Below, piece after piece: positions 1 to 10,615 of a DNA stretch of 64,000 nt. Position 1 is the first letter of the stretch, and every line of letters starts with the position of its first letter. The DNA is from an uncultured Anaerolineae bacterium (GTDB taxonomy: Bacteria; Chloroflexota; Anaerolineae; Aggregatilineales; UBA3940). The notes beneath the pieces were generated by a model. It did not search any database. It worked only from the letters and a program-made list of their open reading frames with translations, and was not told the DNA's origin. The translations under genes were made by a program, and so were the position numbers. Where the stretch lies: contig CAZRXG010000008.1 of assembly GCA_964603985.1 (NCBI GenBank), positions 10,531 through 74,530 on the forward strand. Reading direction: 5' to 3'.

Positions 1-40
1 GGGGGCCGAATAGCGACCCGGCAGGTCGCTTGTGCGTCCG

Positions 41-107
41 AAGCGGGCGCGCAAGAAGCGGGCGCGCAAGAAGCGGGCGCGCAAGAAGCGGGCGCATAAG
101 AAGCGCG
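41..107. repeat. 15-bp tandem repeat AAGCGGGCGCGCAAG, about 4.4 copies (the fourth copy is a variant ending GCGCATAAG)
   Basis: Read directly. Units lie at 41-55, 56-70, 71-85 and 86-100, with a partial unit at 101-107. The repeat is upstream of grpE. Confidence 0.9.
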
Positions 108-129
108 TTAGATTCGCGGGATTCTAACG
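106..129. promoter_or_regulatory. Imperfect palindrome or hairpin CGTTAGATTC-GCGG-GATTCTAACG upstream of grpE; function unknown
   Basis: The arms CGTTAGA and TCTAACG are perfectly complementary, and the inner arm positions pair with one mismatch. It lies 50 nt upstream of the grpE ATG. It does not match CIRCE or HAIR. Confidence 0.35.
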
Positions 130-178
130 TGCATCTAATGAGGGGTGGTTAAAATACCAGGTGGTTTGAGAGCCGTAT

Positions 179-820
179 ATGATCGAACGCCTACCAGGCA
201 AACAGGGAGAAACGGTGAACGAAGAACAACATGTGAAAGAGACGGGAACCGCCGAACCGATAACAGATAAAACGGACGACGTGGAGGAAGCCGAGGCAGT
301 GGAGACGTTTGTTGTAGAGGAAGAGGCTGAGGCTTTCGAGGAAGAGGAAGAACTCGATCTGGAGACACGGCTGAGCCAGGCCGAGGCACAGGCTGCCGAG
401 TACCTGGACGGCTGGCAGCGCGCCCGCGCCGAGTTAGCCAATTTCAAGAAGCGCGCGGAGCGCGAGCGCGGCCAGTGGGAAATGATGTTCCGGGGAGTGG
501 TGATCGGCGATTTGCTGCCGGTTCTGGACGACCTCGACCTGGCGATGAAGAACCTGCCGGACAGTCTCAAAGGGCACGAGTGGGCCAACGGCATCGCGCT
601 GATCCACCACAAGCTGCACGCGCAACTGGAGGACATGGGTCTGAGCGAGATCGAGGCACAGGGGCAGCCCTTTGACCCGGAGCTTCACGAGGCGGTCGCC
701 CAGATCACGAGCAGCGAGCACGAGCCGGGGACGGTAGGCGTGGTGCTGCGTAAGGGCTACCGGTTAGGTGACCGGGTGCTGCGGGCGGCGCTGGTGCACG
801 TGGTGGGCGAGTTCGACTGA
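179..820 (+). CDS. grpE: Nucleotide exchange factor GrpE
   Basis: 213 aa with an acidic N-terminus followed by the typical GrpE core (YLDGWQRARAELANFKKRAERE, DDLDLA, FDPELHEA). It sits directly upstream of dnaK. Confidence 0.93.
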   Translation: MIERLPGKQGETVNEEQHVKETGTAEPITDKTDDVEEAEAVETFVVEEEAEAFEEEEELDLETRLSQAEAQAAEYLDGWQRARAELANFKKRAERERGQWEMMFRGVVIGDLLPVLDDLDLAMKNLPDSLKGHEWANGIALIHHKLHAQLEDMGLSEIEAQGQPFDPELHEAVAQITSSEHEPGTVGVVLRKGYRLGDRVLRAALVHVVGEFD

Positions 821-913
821 GAGGGCATTGACAAAACCGTTACGCACATTATGGCGTATTAGGCAATAGAACTAATCAGATACCAGACAGCGAAAAAAGG
901 AGTGAATTAGCAG

Positions 914-2794
914 ATGGGGAAAATTATTGGGATTGACCTGGGGACGACAAACTCGGCTGTTGCCGTGGTGGAAGGCGGCGAGTCGATCATCATTCCCTCT
1001 GCGGAAGGGGGACGCCTGTTCCCATCGGTGGTAGCGATGGCCAACGGCGAATTGATGGTCGGGCAGGTCGCCAAGCGACAGGCCGTGGTTAACAGCGAGA
1101 ACACGATCTACTCGATCAAGCGCTTCATGGGGCGCAAGTTCAGCGATCCCGAAGTTCAGCGGGCGATCAAGCTGGTGCCCTACGAGGTGACCGAGGCCAA
1201 AAACGGCGACGTGCGGGTCATGATGGGCGGGAAGGAATATTCACCGCCGGAGATCTCGGCGATGATCCTGCAGAAGGTCAAGCGGGATGCCGAGGAGTAC
1301 CTGGGCGAGGAAGTCAAGCAGGCGGTGATCACGGTCCCGGCCTACTTCAACGACAGCCAGCGCCAGGCGACCAAGGACGCGGGGCGCATCGCCGGGCTGG
1401 AAGTGCTGCGCATCATTAACGAGCCGACGGCCTCCTCGCTGGCCTACGGGCTGGACAGGCGCGGCGACGAGACCATCGCGGTGTACGACCTGGGCGGCGG
1501 CACGTTCGACATCAGCATCCTGGATGTGGGCGAGGGCGTCTTCGAGGTGCGCGCGACCAACGGCGACACCTTCCTGGGCGGCGACGACTTCGACCAGCGG
1601 GTGATCGACTGGATGGCCGATGAGTTCCTGCGCGAGCAGGGCATCGACCTGCGGAGCGACAAGAACGCGCTACAGCGCCTCAAGGAAGGGGCCGAGAACG
1701 CCAAGAAGGAACTGTCGACCAAACAGGAGGCGGAGATCAACCTGCCGTACGTCACGGCGGACGCCAGCGGCCCGAAGCATCTACAGATGACGCTGACACG
1801 GGCCAAGCTGGAGCAACTGGTCGAAGACCTGATCGCGCGGTCGATTGAGCCATGCAGGCTGGCGCTGAAGGACGCGGGTCTCTCGTCGAGCGACATCGAT
1901 GAGGTGATCCTGGTGGGCGGCATGACGCGCATGCCCGCCGTGCGCCAGGCGGTACAGGGGTTCTTCGGCAAGGAGCCGCACAAGGGCGTCAACCCGGACG
2001 AGGTGGTCGGGCTGGGCGCGGCCATCCAGGCGGGCGTGCTGGGCGGCGACGTGAAGGACATCCTGCTGCTGGATGTGACGCCGCTGACGCTGAGCGTCGA
2101 GACGCTGGGCCGCGTGGCGACGCCGCTGATCGAGCGTAACACGACGATCCCGACTTCGAAGAGCCAGATCTTCAGCACGGCAGCCGACGGCCAGACGCAG
2201 GTGGAGATCCATGTATTGCAGGGTGAGCGCCCGATGGCCGCCGACAACAAGAGCCTGGGCAAATTCATCCTGGACGGGATTCCGCCCGCACCGCGCGGCG
2301 TGCCGCAGATCGAGGTGTCGTTCGACATTGACGCCAACGGCATCCTGAACGTGAGCGCGCAGGATAAGGCCACCGGTCGCGAGCAGAGCATCACCATCAC
2401 AGCCTCAAGCGGGCTGAGCGAGAAAGAGATCGAGAAGATGGTGGAGGATGCGAAGAAGCACGAGGCCGAAGACCAGCAGCGCAAGGAACAGCAGATGGTG
2501 CGCAACGAGGCCGACAACGCGGTCTACACATCCGAGAAGATGATCCGCGACTACCGGGAGCAGTTGACGGAAGACATCATCGAGGCGACCGAAGAGAAGG
2601 CCGAAGCGGTGCGTAAGGCGATGGAGTCGGACGACGTGGACGAGTTGCGTCGCAAGACCGACGACCTGCTGCGCCAGCTTCAGTCGCTGGGCGCGTCGAT
2701 GTACGAGCAGGCCGGCGGTGCGGCGGGCGGCGCCGAGGAGGGCGAGCCAGGCCCCGGCGACGAGGACGTGGTCGAGGGCGAAGTGATCGACTGA
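914..2794 (+). CDS. dnaK: Molecular chaperone DnaK (Hsp70)
   Basis: 626 aa with the Hsp70 signatures [17 protein letters not shown] and [12 protein letters not shown] Shine-Dalgarno (SD) sequence AAGGAG lies upstream. Confidence 0.98.
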   Translation: MGKIIGIDLGTTNSAVAVVEGGESIIIPSAEGGRLFPSVVAMANGELMVGQVAKRQAVVNSENTIYSIKRFMGRKFSDPEVQRAIKLVPYEVTEAKNGDVRVMMGGKEYSPPEISAMILQKVKRDAEEYLGEEVKQAVITVPAYFNDSQRQATKDAGRIAGLEVLRIINEPTASSLAYGLDRRGDETIAVYDLGGGTFDISILDVGEGVFEVRATNGDTFLGGDDFDQRVIDWMADEFLREQGIDLRSDKNALQRLKEGAENAKKELSTKQEAEINLPYVTADASGPKHLQMTLTRAKLEQLVEDLIARSIEPCRLALKDAGLSSSDIDEVILVGGMTRMPAVRQAVQGFFGKEPHKGVNPDEVVGLGAAIQAGVLGGDVKDILLLDVTPLTLSVETLGRVATPLIERNTTIPTSKSQIFSTAADGQTQVEIHVLQGERPMAADNKSLGKFILDGIPPAPRGVPQIEVSFDIDANGILNVSAQDKATGREQSITITASSGLSEKEIEKMVEDAKKHEAEDQQRKEQQMVRNEADNAVYTSEKMIRDYREQLTEDIIEATEEKAEAVRKAMESDDVDELRRKTDDLLRQLQSLGASMYEQAGGAAGGAEEGEPGPGDEDVVEGEVID

Positions 2795-2824
2795 ACGCAC
2801 CCTGCGGGGTGATGGTTGAGCAAT

Positions 2825-2861
2825 AAACCGGCATTGTGCGCGGGCACGATGCCGGTTTTTG
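2825..2861 (+). terminator. Rho-independent terminator after dnaK
   Basis: The stem ACCGGCAT...ATGCCGGT is followed by TTTTT, about 30 nt after the dnaK stop. Confidence 0.75.
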
Positions 2862-3020
2862 ATTCGGGGATCGGCACCCGGCATCCGGCCCGTACGGTGG
2901 GCGTTGGGGGATCGTCATCCCTGGGCAGGGGATCGGTATTATACTGGGGGCAACCCGGCGCGGGTGGAAGGCTCTGCGCCGTCACCCGACAGTAACCCAA
3001 TTGCATAGAAGGAATCCATC

Positions 3021-5180
<2,160 letters not shown>

Positions 5181-5200
5181 GGGGCGGAGGGGTTCAAACC

Positions 5201-5227
5201 GCAGATTGCGCGGATTGCGCGGATTTT
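5201..5227. repeat. 9-nt tandem motif GCAGATTGC|GCGGATTGC|GCGGATTTT (member of a dispersed family)
   Basis: Read directly. It contains two overlapping copies of TTGCGCGGATT (5206-5216 and 5215-5225). Confidence 0.85.
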
Positions 5228-5311
5228 ACATACTCAGTATGCCCGGAGCACGAACGGTGGTTTCCGATACCGACGAGGTATTGACCGGCATCCTGGATGA
5301 CCTCAGAGATT

Positions 5312-5340
5312 TTGACAGAATACATTATTTTGAATACAAT
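5312..5340 (+). promoter_or_regulatory. Sigma70-type promoter of the TetR gene (TTGACA-17-TACAAT)
   Basis: TTGACA lies at 5312-5317 and TACAAT at 5335-5340, separated by a 17-nt spacer. The palindromic operator follows immediately. Confidence 0.7.
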
Positions 5341-5359
5341 ACTGACATGTCAGTTCAGT
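5341..5359. promoter_or_regulatory. Putative TetR operator: 14-bp perfect palindrome ACTGACATGTCAGT within the 19-nt element ACTGACATGTCAGTTCAGT
   Basis: A perfect palindrome abuts the -10 box. The same 19-nt element occurs as an exact reverse complement at 6084-6102. Confidence 0.7.
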
Positions 5360-5369
5360 TTGGAGAATC

Positions 5370-5963
5370 ATGAAAGCCGACCAAAGAAAAAAACAAATCC
5401 TCGACGCAGCGCTGACGGCATTTGCAGAGCATGGCTATGAGCGCACGAGTATTGCAGTTATCTGCAAGAAGGCGGGCATTGCCCGGCCTACTCTTTATCA
5501 GTATTTCGACAACAAACAATCAGTTTTCCGAGCGCTTCTGGAAAGCTATCTGCTTGGATTCCATGAGGCGCTTCATGCGCGACAACAGGCAAAGGATGGC
5601 GGGAAAGCGCTTTCGCAGCGGGAAACCATGCAATCCCTTCACGAGGAACTGTTGGAGGAGATTTCTAACAACCGCGACTTCTATACGATTCTATTCAAGG
5701 AAGCGAAGGCCAAGAATGCGGAAACTGGAGACATTGTCAGGGAATTCATGCAGATGCTGATACACAAGTTAGCGAGCGAAATGGAATCGGAGTCGGGCTG
5801 GGAGGATATGAGCGAGCAGGACATGAAATTTGCCGTGGTGTATATGATTGGCGGCACGATGCAGACGGTGGAGTACTATCTTTTCGACGATGAACATACC
5901 ATGTCAACGCAAGAAATTGCTGAAAGACTTACGTTTATCGAATCGAGGATCAAAGGGGTATAA
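5370..5963 (+). CDS. TetR/AcrR family transcriptional regulator
   Basis: 197 aa with an N-terminal TetR helix-turn-helix (HTH) motif (ILDAALTAFAEHGYERTSIAVICKKAGIARPTLYQYFDNKQSVF). An SD GGAGA precedes it. The gene lies in an AT-rich segment. Confidence 0.9.
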   Translation: MKADQRKKQILDAALTAFAEHGYERTSIAVICKKAGIARPTLYQYFDNKQSVFRALLESYLLGFHEALHARQQAKDGGKALSQRETMQSLHEELLEEISNNRDFYTILFKEAKAKNAETGDIVREFMQMLIHKLASEMESESGWEDMSEQDMKFAVVYMIGGTMQTVEYYLFDDEHTMSTQEIAERLTFIESRIKGV

Positions 5964-6083
5964 CGGCGCAATGCGGAACAGTGGAGAAATTGTGTTGAAA
6001 GCCGGGAGAATACACCGCCAGATGCGGTTGGATTGTTGATCCAATCGGGCCGCTCTGTGTTGAACAATATTTTTTTTCTTTGT

Positions 6084-6102
6084 ACTGAACTGACATGTCA
6101 GT
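6084..6102. promoter_or_regulatory. Second copy of the putative TetR operator (ACTGAACTGACATGTCAGT)
   Basis: It is the exact reverse complement of 5341-5359. It overlaps a weak promoter-like TTGAAC (6060-6065)-17-TACTGA upstream of the membrane-protein gene. Confidence 0.65.
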
Positions 6103-6149
6103 TTTTGTGATGTTTGGCTCGATGAATTGTATCAGGGAAAAAACAAGAA

Positions 6150-6698
6150 GTGAAGAACCTGATGGGGAAAAAGGCAAGAATAAATCGCACACTCAACATT
6201 TTGAACCTGTTTGTATCCATTATTGTTTTCGGCACAGGGCTGATTCTTTTTACTCAGTTTCATGTCGGAGACGGAGCATATCGAAAAGAGTGGCTTGGGC
6301 ATGTGAAAACGTTCTGGCTGCACATTCACCAGGCAGCGGCCATTACTTTTTCAATCGGATTTGCGGCTCACATCCAGACGCATTGGAAATACATCAGGAT
6401 GGTGGTGAAGCGATGGCGTGTGGACCTGTCCAAAAGAATCAAATCAACCACGCGTGAACAAATTCTGTTGCTCATTGCCACGCTGGTTGTAATGTGGGCC
6501 GGATTTTACCCCTGGATCACCATGCCGGGAGCAACGTTGGCGGTCGAGACATATCACAACTGGATCGATGTACATAATGTAGTCGGGCTTATTCTTCTTC
6601 TTGGGATAGCTATACATATCATCAGGCGGTGGCAGCGGATATTTTACTTGCGCCGAAACGCAAAGCTGCGAAATATGCCACGCTTTGGGAACCGTTGA
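6150..6698 (+). CDS. Membrane protein with about 4 transmembrane (TM) helices and His-rich helices, DUF4405/cytochrome-b-like (tentative)
   Basis: 182 aa with hydrophobic helices carrying conserved His (LHIHQAAAITF, AAHIQTHW, IAIHIIRRW). The start could be GTG 6150 or ATG 6162. Confidence 0.7.
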   Translation: MKNLMGKKARINRTLNILNLFVSIIVFGTGLILFTQFHVGDGAYRKEWLGHVKTFWLHIHQAAAITFSIGFAAHIQTHWKYIRMVVKRWRVDLSKRIKSTTREQILLLIATLVVMWAGFYPWITMPGATLAVETYHNWIDVHNVVGLILLLGIAIHIIRRWQRIFYLRRNAKLRNMPRFGNR

Positions 6699-6718
6699 CC
6701 GGAGAGCAAAAACATATT

Positions 6719-6973
6719 ATGGAGGGGAACACAGTGAGGTCGCGAGGAAGAAGCACAAAACACATCTGTTTGGATACCAGCAAGTGCGAAGCCTGCTGGG
6801 TGTGTATCGACGAGTGCAAATACGGCGTACTGGGGAAAGTGGATTTCTGGTTTCATAAGCATGTAGTCGTTAAAGACTCAGAGAAATGTAGCGGCTGCAA
6901 ACACTGCGTCGACGTATGTCCTAATGGCGTGTTTGAGCCTGTGCTACAACCCCAAACCGTTACAAATCGTTGA
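6719..6973 (+). CDS. 4Fe-4S dicluster ferredoxin-like protein
   Basis: Two Cys clusters are present (CEACWVCIDEC and CSGCKHCVDVCP). The long 6629 start overlaps the upstream gene. ATG 6719, or GTG 6734 preceded by GGAGGGG, is more plausible. Confidence 0.8.
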   Translation: MEGNTVRSRGRSTKHICLDTSKCEACWVCIDECKYGVLGKVDFWFHKHVVVKDSEKCSGCKHCVDVCPNGVFEPVLQPQTVTNR

Positions 6974-7119
6974 AGTATTTGTGTCATTGGACACAGTCGC
7001 AGACATAAAACCCCGCATTGGTAATAGTCGCGACCGTTGGGCATCTTGCGCGGATTGATACACTTCCGGTCGATTGCGAGGGAACGTGCTATACTCTGGC
7101 CCCAGGGCGCGTTTTGCGT

Positions 7120-7638
7120 GTGAGAAATCTGAAAGCGGGAGGATCGACGGGCTTGTCTGGTTACACCAAGAAACTTGTGATCTTGTGGGCGGTCGTGATC
7201 GTGAGCTACGCGCTCATCGTCCTGCTGGCTAACCCGATGCGCCAGTGGCGGTTTACGCCGGAAGAGAAGGAAGCGATCTTCGAGGAGCTTCAGGTGGTGT
7301 GGTGCAGGAACATGAACCTGACCACCCACGCCGAACTGGAGGACATGCGGTACGTCCAGGTCGCCGCGATTCAGCAGGAGCATCGCCTGACGGCCATCGA
7401 CACGCGGAACATTGTTCTGTGGGCGGTTGAGCACGGGCGGGGCGTCGAGCCGTGCTTCTTCCAGGCGGCGTCCCGCACGCTGTGCGCGGGGGAGGATCTG
7501 CTTGACCTGACGCCGCAGGGGATCAGGGGGAGTTTTGGGCTTTCGGAGAGCGATGTCGAGCTCATCACCGGGTACGGCTTCCGGCAGGGCTGGGAAGCGC
7601 ATCCGTGCTACTATGAGGAGGGGCTGCCCATCCCGTAA
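7120..7638 (+). CDS. Hypothetical membrane-anchored protein
   Basis: One N-terminal TM helix (LVILWAVVIVSYALIVLLA). No family was recognised. The start is uncertain (the ORF opens at 7018, and GTG 7120 follows an extended -10-like TGCTATACT at 7087-7095). The antisense ORF 6853-7602 looks like low-complexity shadow. Confidence 0.55.
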   Translation: MRNLKAGGSTGLSGYTKKLVILWAVVIVSYALIVLLANPMRQWRFTPEEKEAIFEELQVVWCRNMNLTTHAELEDMRYVQVAAIQQEHRLTAIDTRNIVLWAVEHGRGVEPCFFQAASRTLCAGEDLLDLTPQGIRGSFGLSESDVELITGYGFRQGWEAHPCYYEEGLPIP

Positions 7639-7765
7639 GGCAGGGATCTGTGAGAGAATATTGAACCTTTTGTAGGAGTTAGGGGTATTCTAATTGGGAG
7701 ACGGGCAGCGTGGACTTTGCAATACCGGACTGAGATTTGCATCTCTCCCTCTCCTTCGCAAAAAA

Positions 7766-7800
7766 GGGGGATAGCTCCTGGGCTATCCCTCTTTGTTTTT
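7766..7800. terminator. Hairpin terminator, possibly bidirectional
   Basis: The stem GGGATAGC...GCTATCCC has AAAAA on its 5' side and CTTTGTTTTT on its 3' side. Confidence 0.6.
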
Positions 7801-7928
7801 GCTCCTGCCTCCGAGATTCTACGGCACGCCTTAGGACTCCGGTAGGATTTACAGCCGTCCGCTTCTCGCCTAAGCTGGAAGATAGATGAGGATAGTCATT
7901 CTCTTATTTATGAAGGGTGAGAGAGGCC

Positions 7929-8483
7929 ATGAACAGATCGAATAAGCACGGGACACGTTGGCTGGTTTTGATGGGGGCGCTGGTGATCGTGGCGCTGGTG
8001 GTGAGCGCGTGCTCGGTGCTCGGCGGCGCCAGCGGCGGGGTTGGCGGCAAGAAGGACGAGGGGAATCCCCTCCCGACCCCGCGCCCGGCCGAGGACGTGG
8101 GCGCAAAGTCGCAGAGCGCGGCCAAGGACACACCCGAGGCGACCTGGGAGAGCTACCTGCGCGACGTCATCGCCGAGCAGGTTTCACAGCGTGGGTCGCT
8201 GATCAGCCTGTACGAGCGCTACCAGAACCCGGACATCACCTCGCAAAACCTGGGCGGCACGTTGCAGGACATTGACCTGGTGGAAGACCGGACCGAGTTC
8301 TCCATGAGCGGCAACAGCGCGAGTGCCTGGACCGACTTCGACGTGCGGGTGACCTTCGCCAACGGCGACACAGACACGCGCACCTGTCACTTCACAGTCG
8401 CAATGGAGCTCGACGAAGAGGACGGCGTGTGGTACGTGGTGAACCCGGAGCCACTTGCCGTCTTCGCGGTGTGCAGCCCGTAG
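7929..8483 (+). CDS. Hypothetical lipoprotein
   Basis: The signal peptide carries a lipobox (LVIVALVVSAC). An SD GAGAGAGG lies before ATG 7929. No family was recognised. Confidence 0.75.
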   Translation: MNRSNKHGTRWLVLMGALVIVALVVSACSVLGGASGGVGGKKDEGNPLPTPRPAEDVGAKSQSAAKDTPEATWESYLRDVIAEQVSQRGSLISLYERYQNPDITSQNLGGTLQDIDLVEDRTEFSMSGNSASAWTDFDVRVTFANGDTDTRTCHFTVAMELDEEDGVWYVVNPEPLAVFAVCSP

Positions 8484-8669
8484 ACTGCGCCCGACCATAC
8501 AGAGGCGTTACATCTGGCGTGCTGGTACCGGGGAGGGATTTACATCTCGCCCCGGTCTGGTTTATGATAGAAGAAGCTGGACTCCGGGGAAAAGGAACTT
8601 TTACCGGTAGTTGTACGTTATATATGATGGAGCGTTTTTCAGTAGCGGAAGGATGTTCGGGTTGTGACG

Positions 8670-8801
8670 ATGGGAGGCGTGACATTGACCAACAAGGAGT
8701 CCACAGACCGCGTTGAGCAGCGGGGTCTGATTGCCGGAGCCGCATTTATGCTGCTTCTCATTCTTAGCCTCGTTGCCATCGCAACCATTTACATCGGCTG
8801 A
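8670..8801 (+). CDS. Possible small single-TM protein (43 aa)
   Basis: Hand-translated as MGGVTLTNKESTDRVEQRGLIAGAAFMLLLILSLVAIATIYIG. It has one clear hydrophobic helix and a weak ribosome-binding site. It falls below the ORF-track length threshold. Confidence 0.3.
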   Translation: MGGVTLTNKESTDRVEQRGLIAGAAFMLLLILSLVAIATIYIG

Positions 8802-8850
8802 GAAGCAAAAGGGGGAAATCGTTTTGCGTGATCAGCCAGCAACCCAGTGA

Positions 8851-8982
8851 GCGCGCCGGTGGCAAACAGGTAACCGGCGCGTTCGGCTTTTTCGGCCATC
8901 CTCGAAGATCATTGGCGGGTACAGGCCCGGCGCGCCGGTAGGCGAGTAAAGCAACCGGCGCGTTCGGCTTTTTCAGCCATCC
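8851..8982. repeat. Duplicated ~52-bp hairpin module (GCGCGCCGGT..AACCGGCGCGTTCGGCTTTTTC[G/A]GCCATCC), two copies about 79 bp apart
   Basis: Copy 1 is at 8851-8901 and copy 2 at 8929-8982. Each folds as a CGCGCCGGT/ACCGGCGCG stem followed by TTCGGCTTTTT. Copy 2 overlaps the murE stop codon. Confidence 0.8.
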
Positions 8983-10532
8983 CCGGAGGCCGTCGGTAGG
9001 GTGCGGAGCGGCGCGCCGCGCAGCGCGGCCCGCATCGCGTCACGGTCGTCCCAGGGGTACTCCACCGTCCCGAAGCACATGCTTTGCTCGTGACCCTTGC
9101 CGCAGCTCAGGACGATGTCGCCGGGGCGGGCAAGCTGCACGGCGTGGTAGATGGCCTGGCCGCGATCAGGGACGCGCCAGAACGTCTGCCCCTCGACGCT
9201 GCCGACCGCCGTACATGCCTCGGCGCTGACGGTCAGGATCTCCTCAAGCGACTCGGTGCGCGGGTCCTCGGCGGTGATGACAACCAGATCGGCGTGGCGG
9301 GCGGCGATCTCGCCCATCATGGCGCGCTTGGCGGGATCGCGCAGACCGGCGCTGCCGAAGACGACGATCACGCGCCCGGCGGGCGAGATCATCAGCCGGG
9401 CGGCCTCCAGCGTGCGGCGCAGGGCGTTGGGCGTGTGGGCGAAATCGACCACGGCCAGGAAATCCTGCCCCTCGTCGATGCGCTCCAGGCGACCGGGGAT
9501 GCCCTTGACCGCCTCGATGCCCGCTTTGATGGCCTCCGGCGGGATGCCAAGACCGTGCGTCGCGGCGACGGCGGCCAGGACGTTGCTGACGTTGAACTCG
9601 CCGACCAGCGCGCTGTCGATGGACAGCGTGCTGTCGTCGGGCAGACGGACGGTTAGGCGGGTTGCGCTGGGGGCGTAGGCGACACCGGCGGCAGTGAGAT
9701 CGGCGCCAGACCGCGCGCCGATGGCGTAGGTGATATGGCGGTCGGCGGGGATGGCGAGCAGGTAGTCGGCGCTGGGTTCGTCGTCGAGGTTGATGACTGC
9801 CAGCTTGGGCGTGCCGGGCTTGCGTGCGCCGGTCGCCAGATCGCGGAAGAGGGCGGCCTTGGCGTCGCGGTAAGCCTCCCACGAGCCGTGAAAATCGAGG
9901 TGCTCGTGCTGGATGTTGGTTACGACCGCCACGTCGAAATCGCAGGCGGCGACGCGGTGCTGGGCCAGGCCGTGCGAGGTGGCCTCCAGCGTGCAGTGCG
10001 TCAGACCGGCCTCGACCATGCGGGCCAGGTAGCCCTGCACCTGGGGCGCGGTGGGCGTGGTGACGTGCAGGCCGGTGGGGACTTCTTCGTCGCCGAGCAC
10101 GGCGTTGATGGTGCTGATCATCCCGGCCTTGAGCGCGGCGGCCCTGAGGACGCTGTGGATCAGGTTGGTGGTGGTGGTCTTGCCGTCGGTGCCGGTGACG
10201 CCGATCATGACCAATTGGCGGGCGGGGAACCCGGCGCAGGCGGCGCTGAGGTGGGCCAGCGCCAGCCCGGCGTCGGCGACGTGGACGTAGGGTACGGGGC
10301 AGTCCACCGCGTCAGGGGGGCGCTGGCCGACGACGGCCACCGCGCCGCGCTCGACGGCGGCGGGGATGTAGTCGTGGCCGTCGGCGGTGAGGCCGGGGCG
10401 CGCGACGAAGATCCCGCCTGGCTCGACGGCGCGGCTGTCCTCGACGACGGGGGCGGTGACCGCCGGGTCGGCGTCGAGGCGGGGCGTGCTGAGGATGTTG
10501 GGGATGTGGGATATCAGCTCAGATAGGTGCAT
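8973..10532 (-). CDS. murE: MurE-family UDP-N-acetylmuramoyl-tripeptide synthetase
   Basis: 519 aa with the Mur ligase P-loop GVTGTDGKTTTT, central and C-terminal Mur ligase regions, and an EDPR motif at the position of the MurE DNPR motif. Confidence 0.88.
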   Translation of the reverse strand: MHLSELISHIPNILSTPRLDADPAVTAPVVEDSRAVEPGGIFVARPGLTADGHDYIPAAVERGAVAVVGQRPPDAVDCPVPYVHVADAGLALAHLSAACAGFPARQLVMIGVTGTDGKTTTTNLIHSVLRAAALKAGMISTINAVLGDEEVPTGLHVTTPTAPQVQGYLARMVEAGLTHCTLEATSHGLAQHRVAACDFDVAVVTNIQHEHLDFHGSWEAYRDAKAALFRDLATGARKPGTPKLAVINLDDEPSADYLLAIPADRHITYAIGARSGADLTAAGVAYAPSATRLTVRLPDDSTLSIDSALVGEFNVSNVLAAVAATHGLGIPPEAIKAGIEAVKGIPGRLERIDEGQDFLAVVDFAHTPNALRRTLEAARLMISPAGRVIVVFGSAGLRDPAKRAMMGEIAARHADLVVITAEDPRTESLEEILTVSAEACTAVGSVEGQTFWRVPDRGQAIYHAVQLARPGDIVLSCGKGHEQSMCFGTVEYPWDDRDAMRAALRGAPLRTLPTASGDG

Positions 10533-10615
10533 GGCGTATGACCGATGGCTGGCTTTGTTGGCAGAGTATAAAGCGGATCGCCGCCCCGCGCTATGGTTGT
10601 CCCGGCCTGGCTATC

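Noticed and set aside
41-107. The tandem repeat at the window start as a possible CRISPR array
   Set aside because: The units are 15 bp and directly abutting, with no spacers. No cas genes are present. It is a simple tandem repeat.
821-913. A CIRCE/HrcA or HAIR/HspR operator in front of dnaK or grpE, and a dnaK promoter (TTGACA 828-833 with TATGGC about 16 nt downstream)
   Set aside because: No TTAGCACTC-N9-GAGTGCTAA or CTTGAGT-N7-ACTCAAG was found. The -10 candidate is weak, so the promoter is not listed as a feature.
5185-5200. A tRNA-like T-arm string, GGGGTTCAAACC, after tex
   Set aside because: I could not build an acceptor stem, anticodon arm or D-arm around it, and the T-stem does not pair. 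I found no tRNA, rRNA or tmRNA elsewhere in the window by eye. A tRNAscan or Infernal run would be the definitive check.
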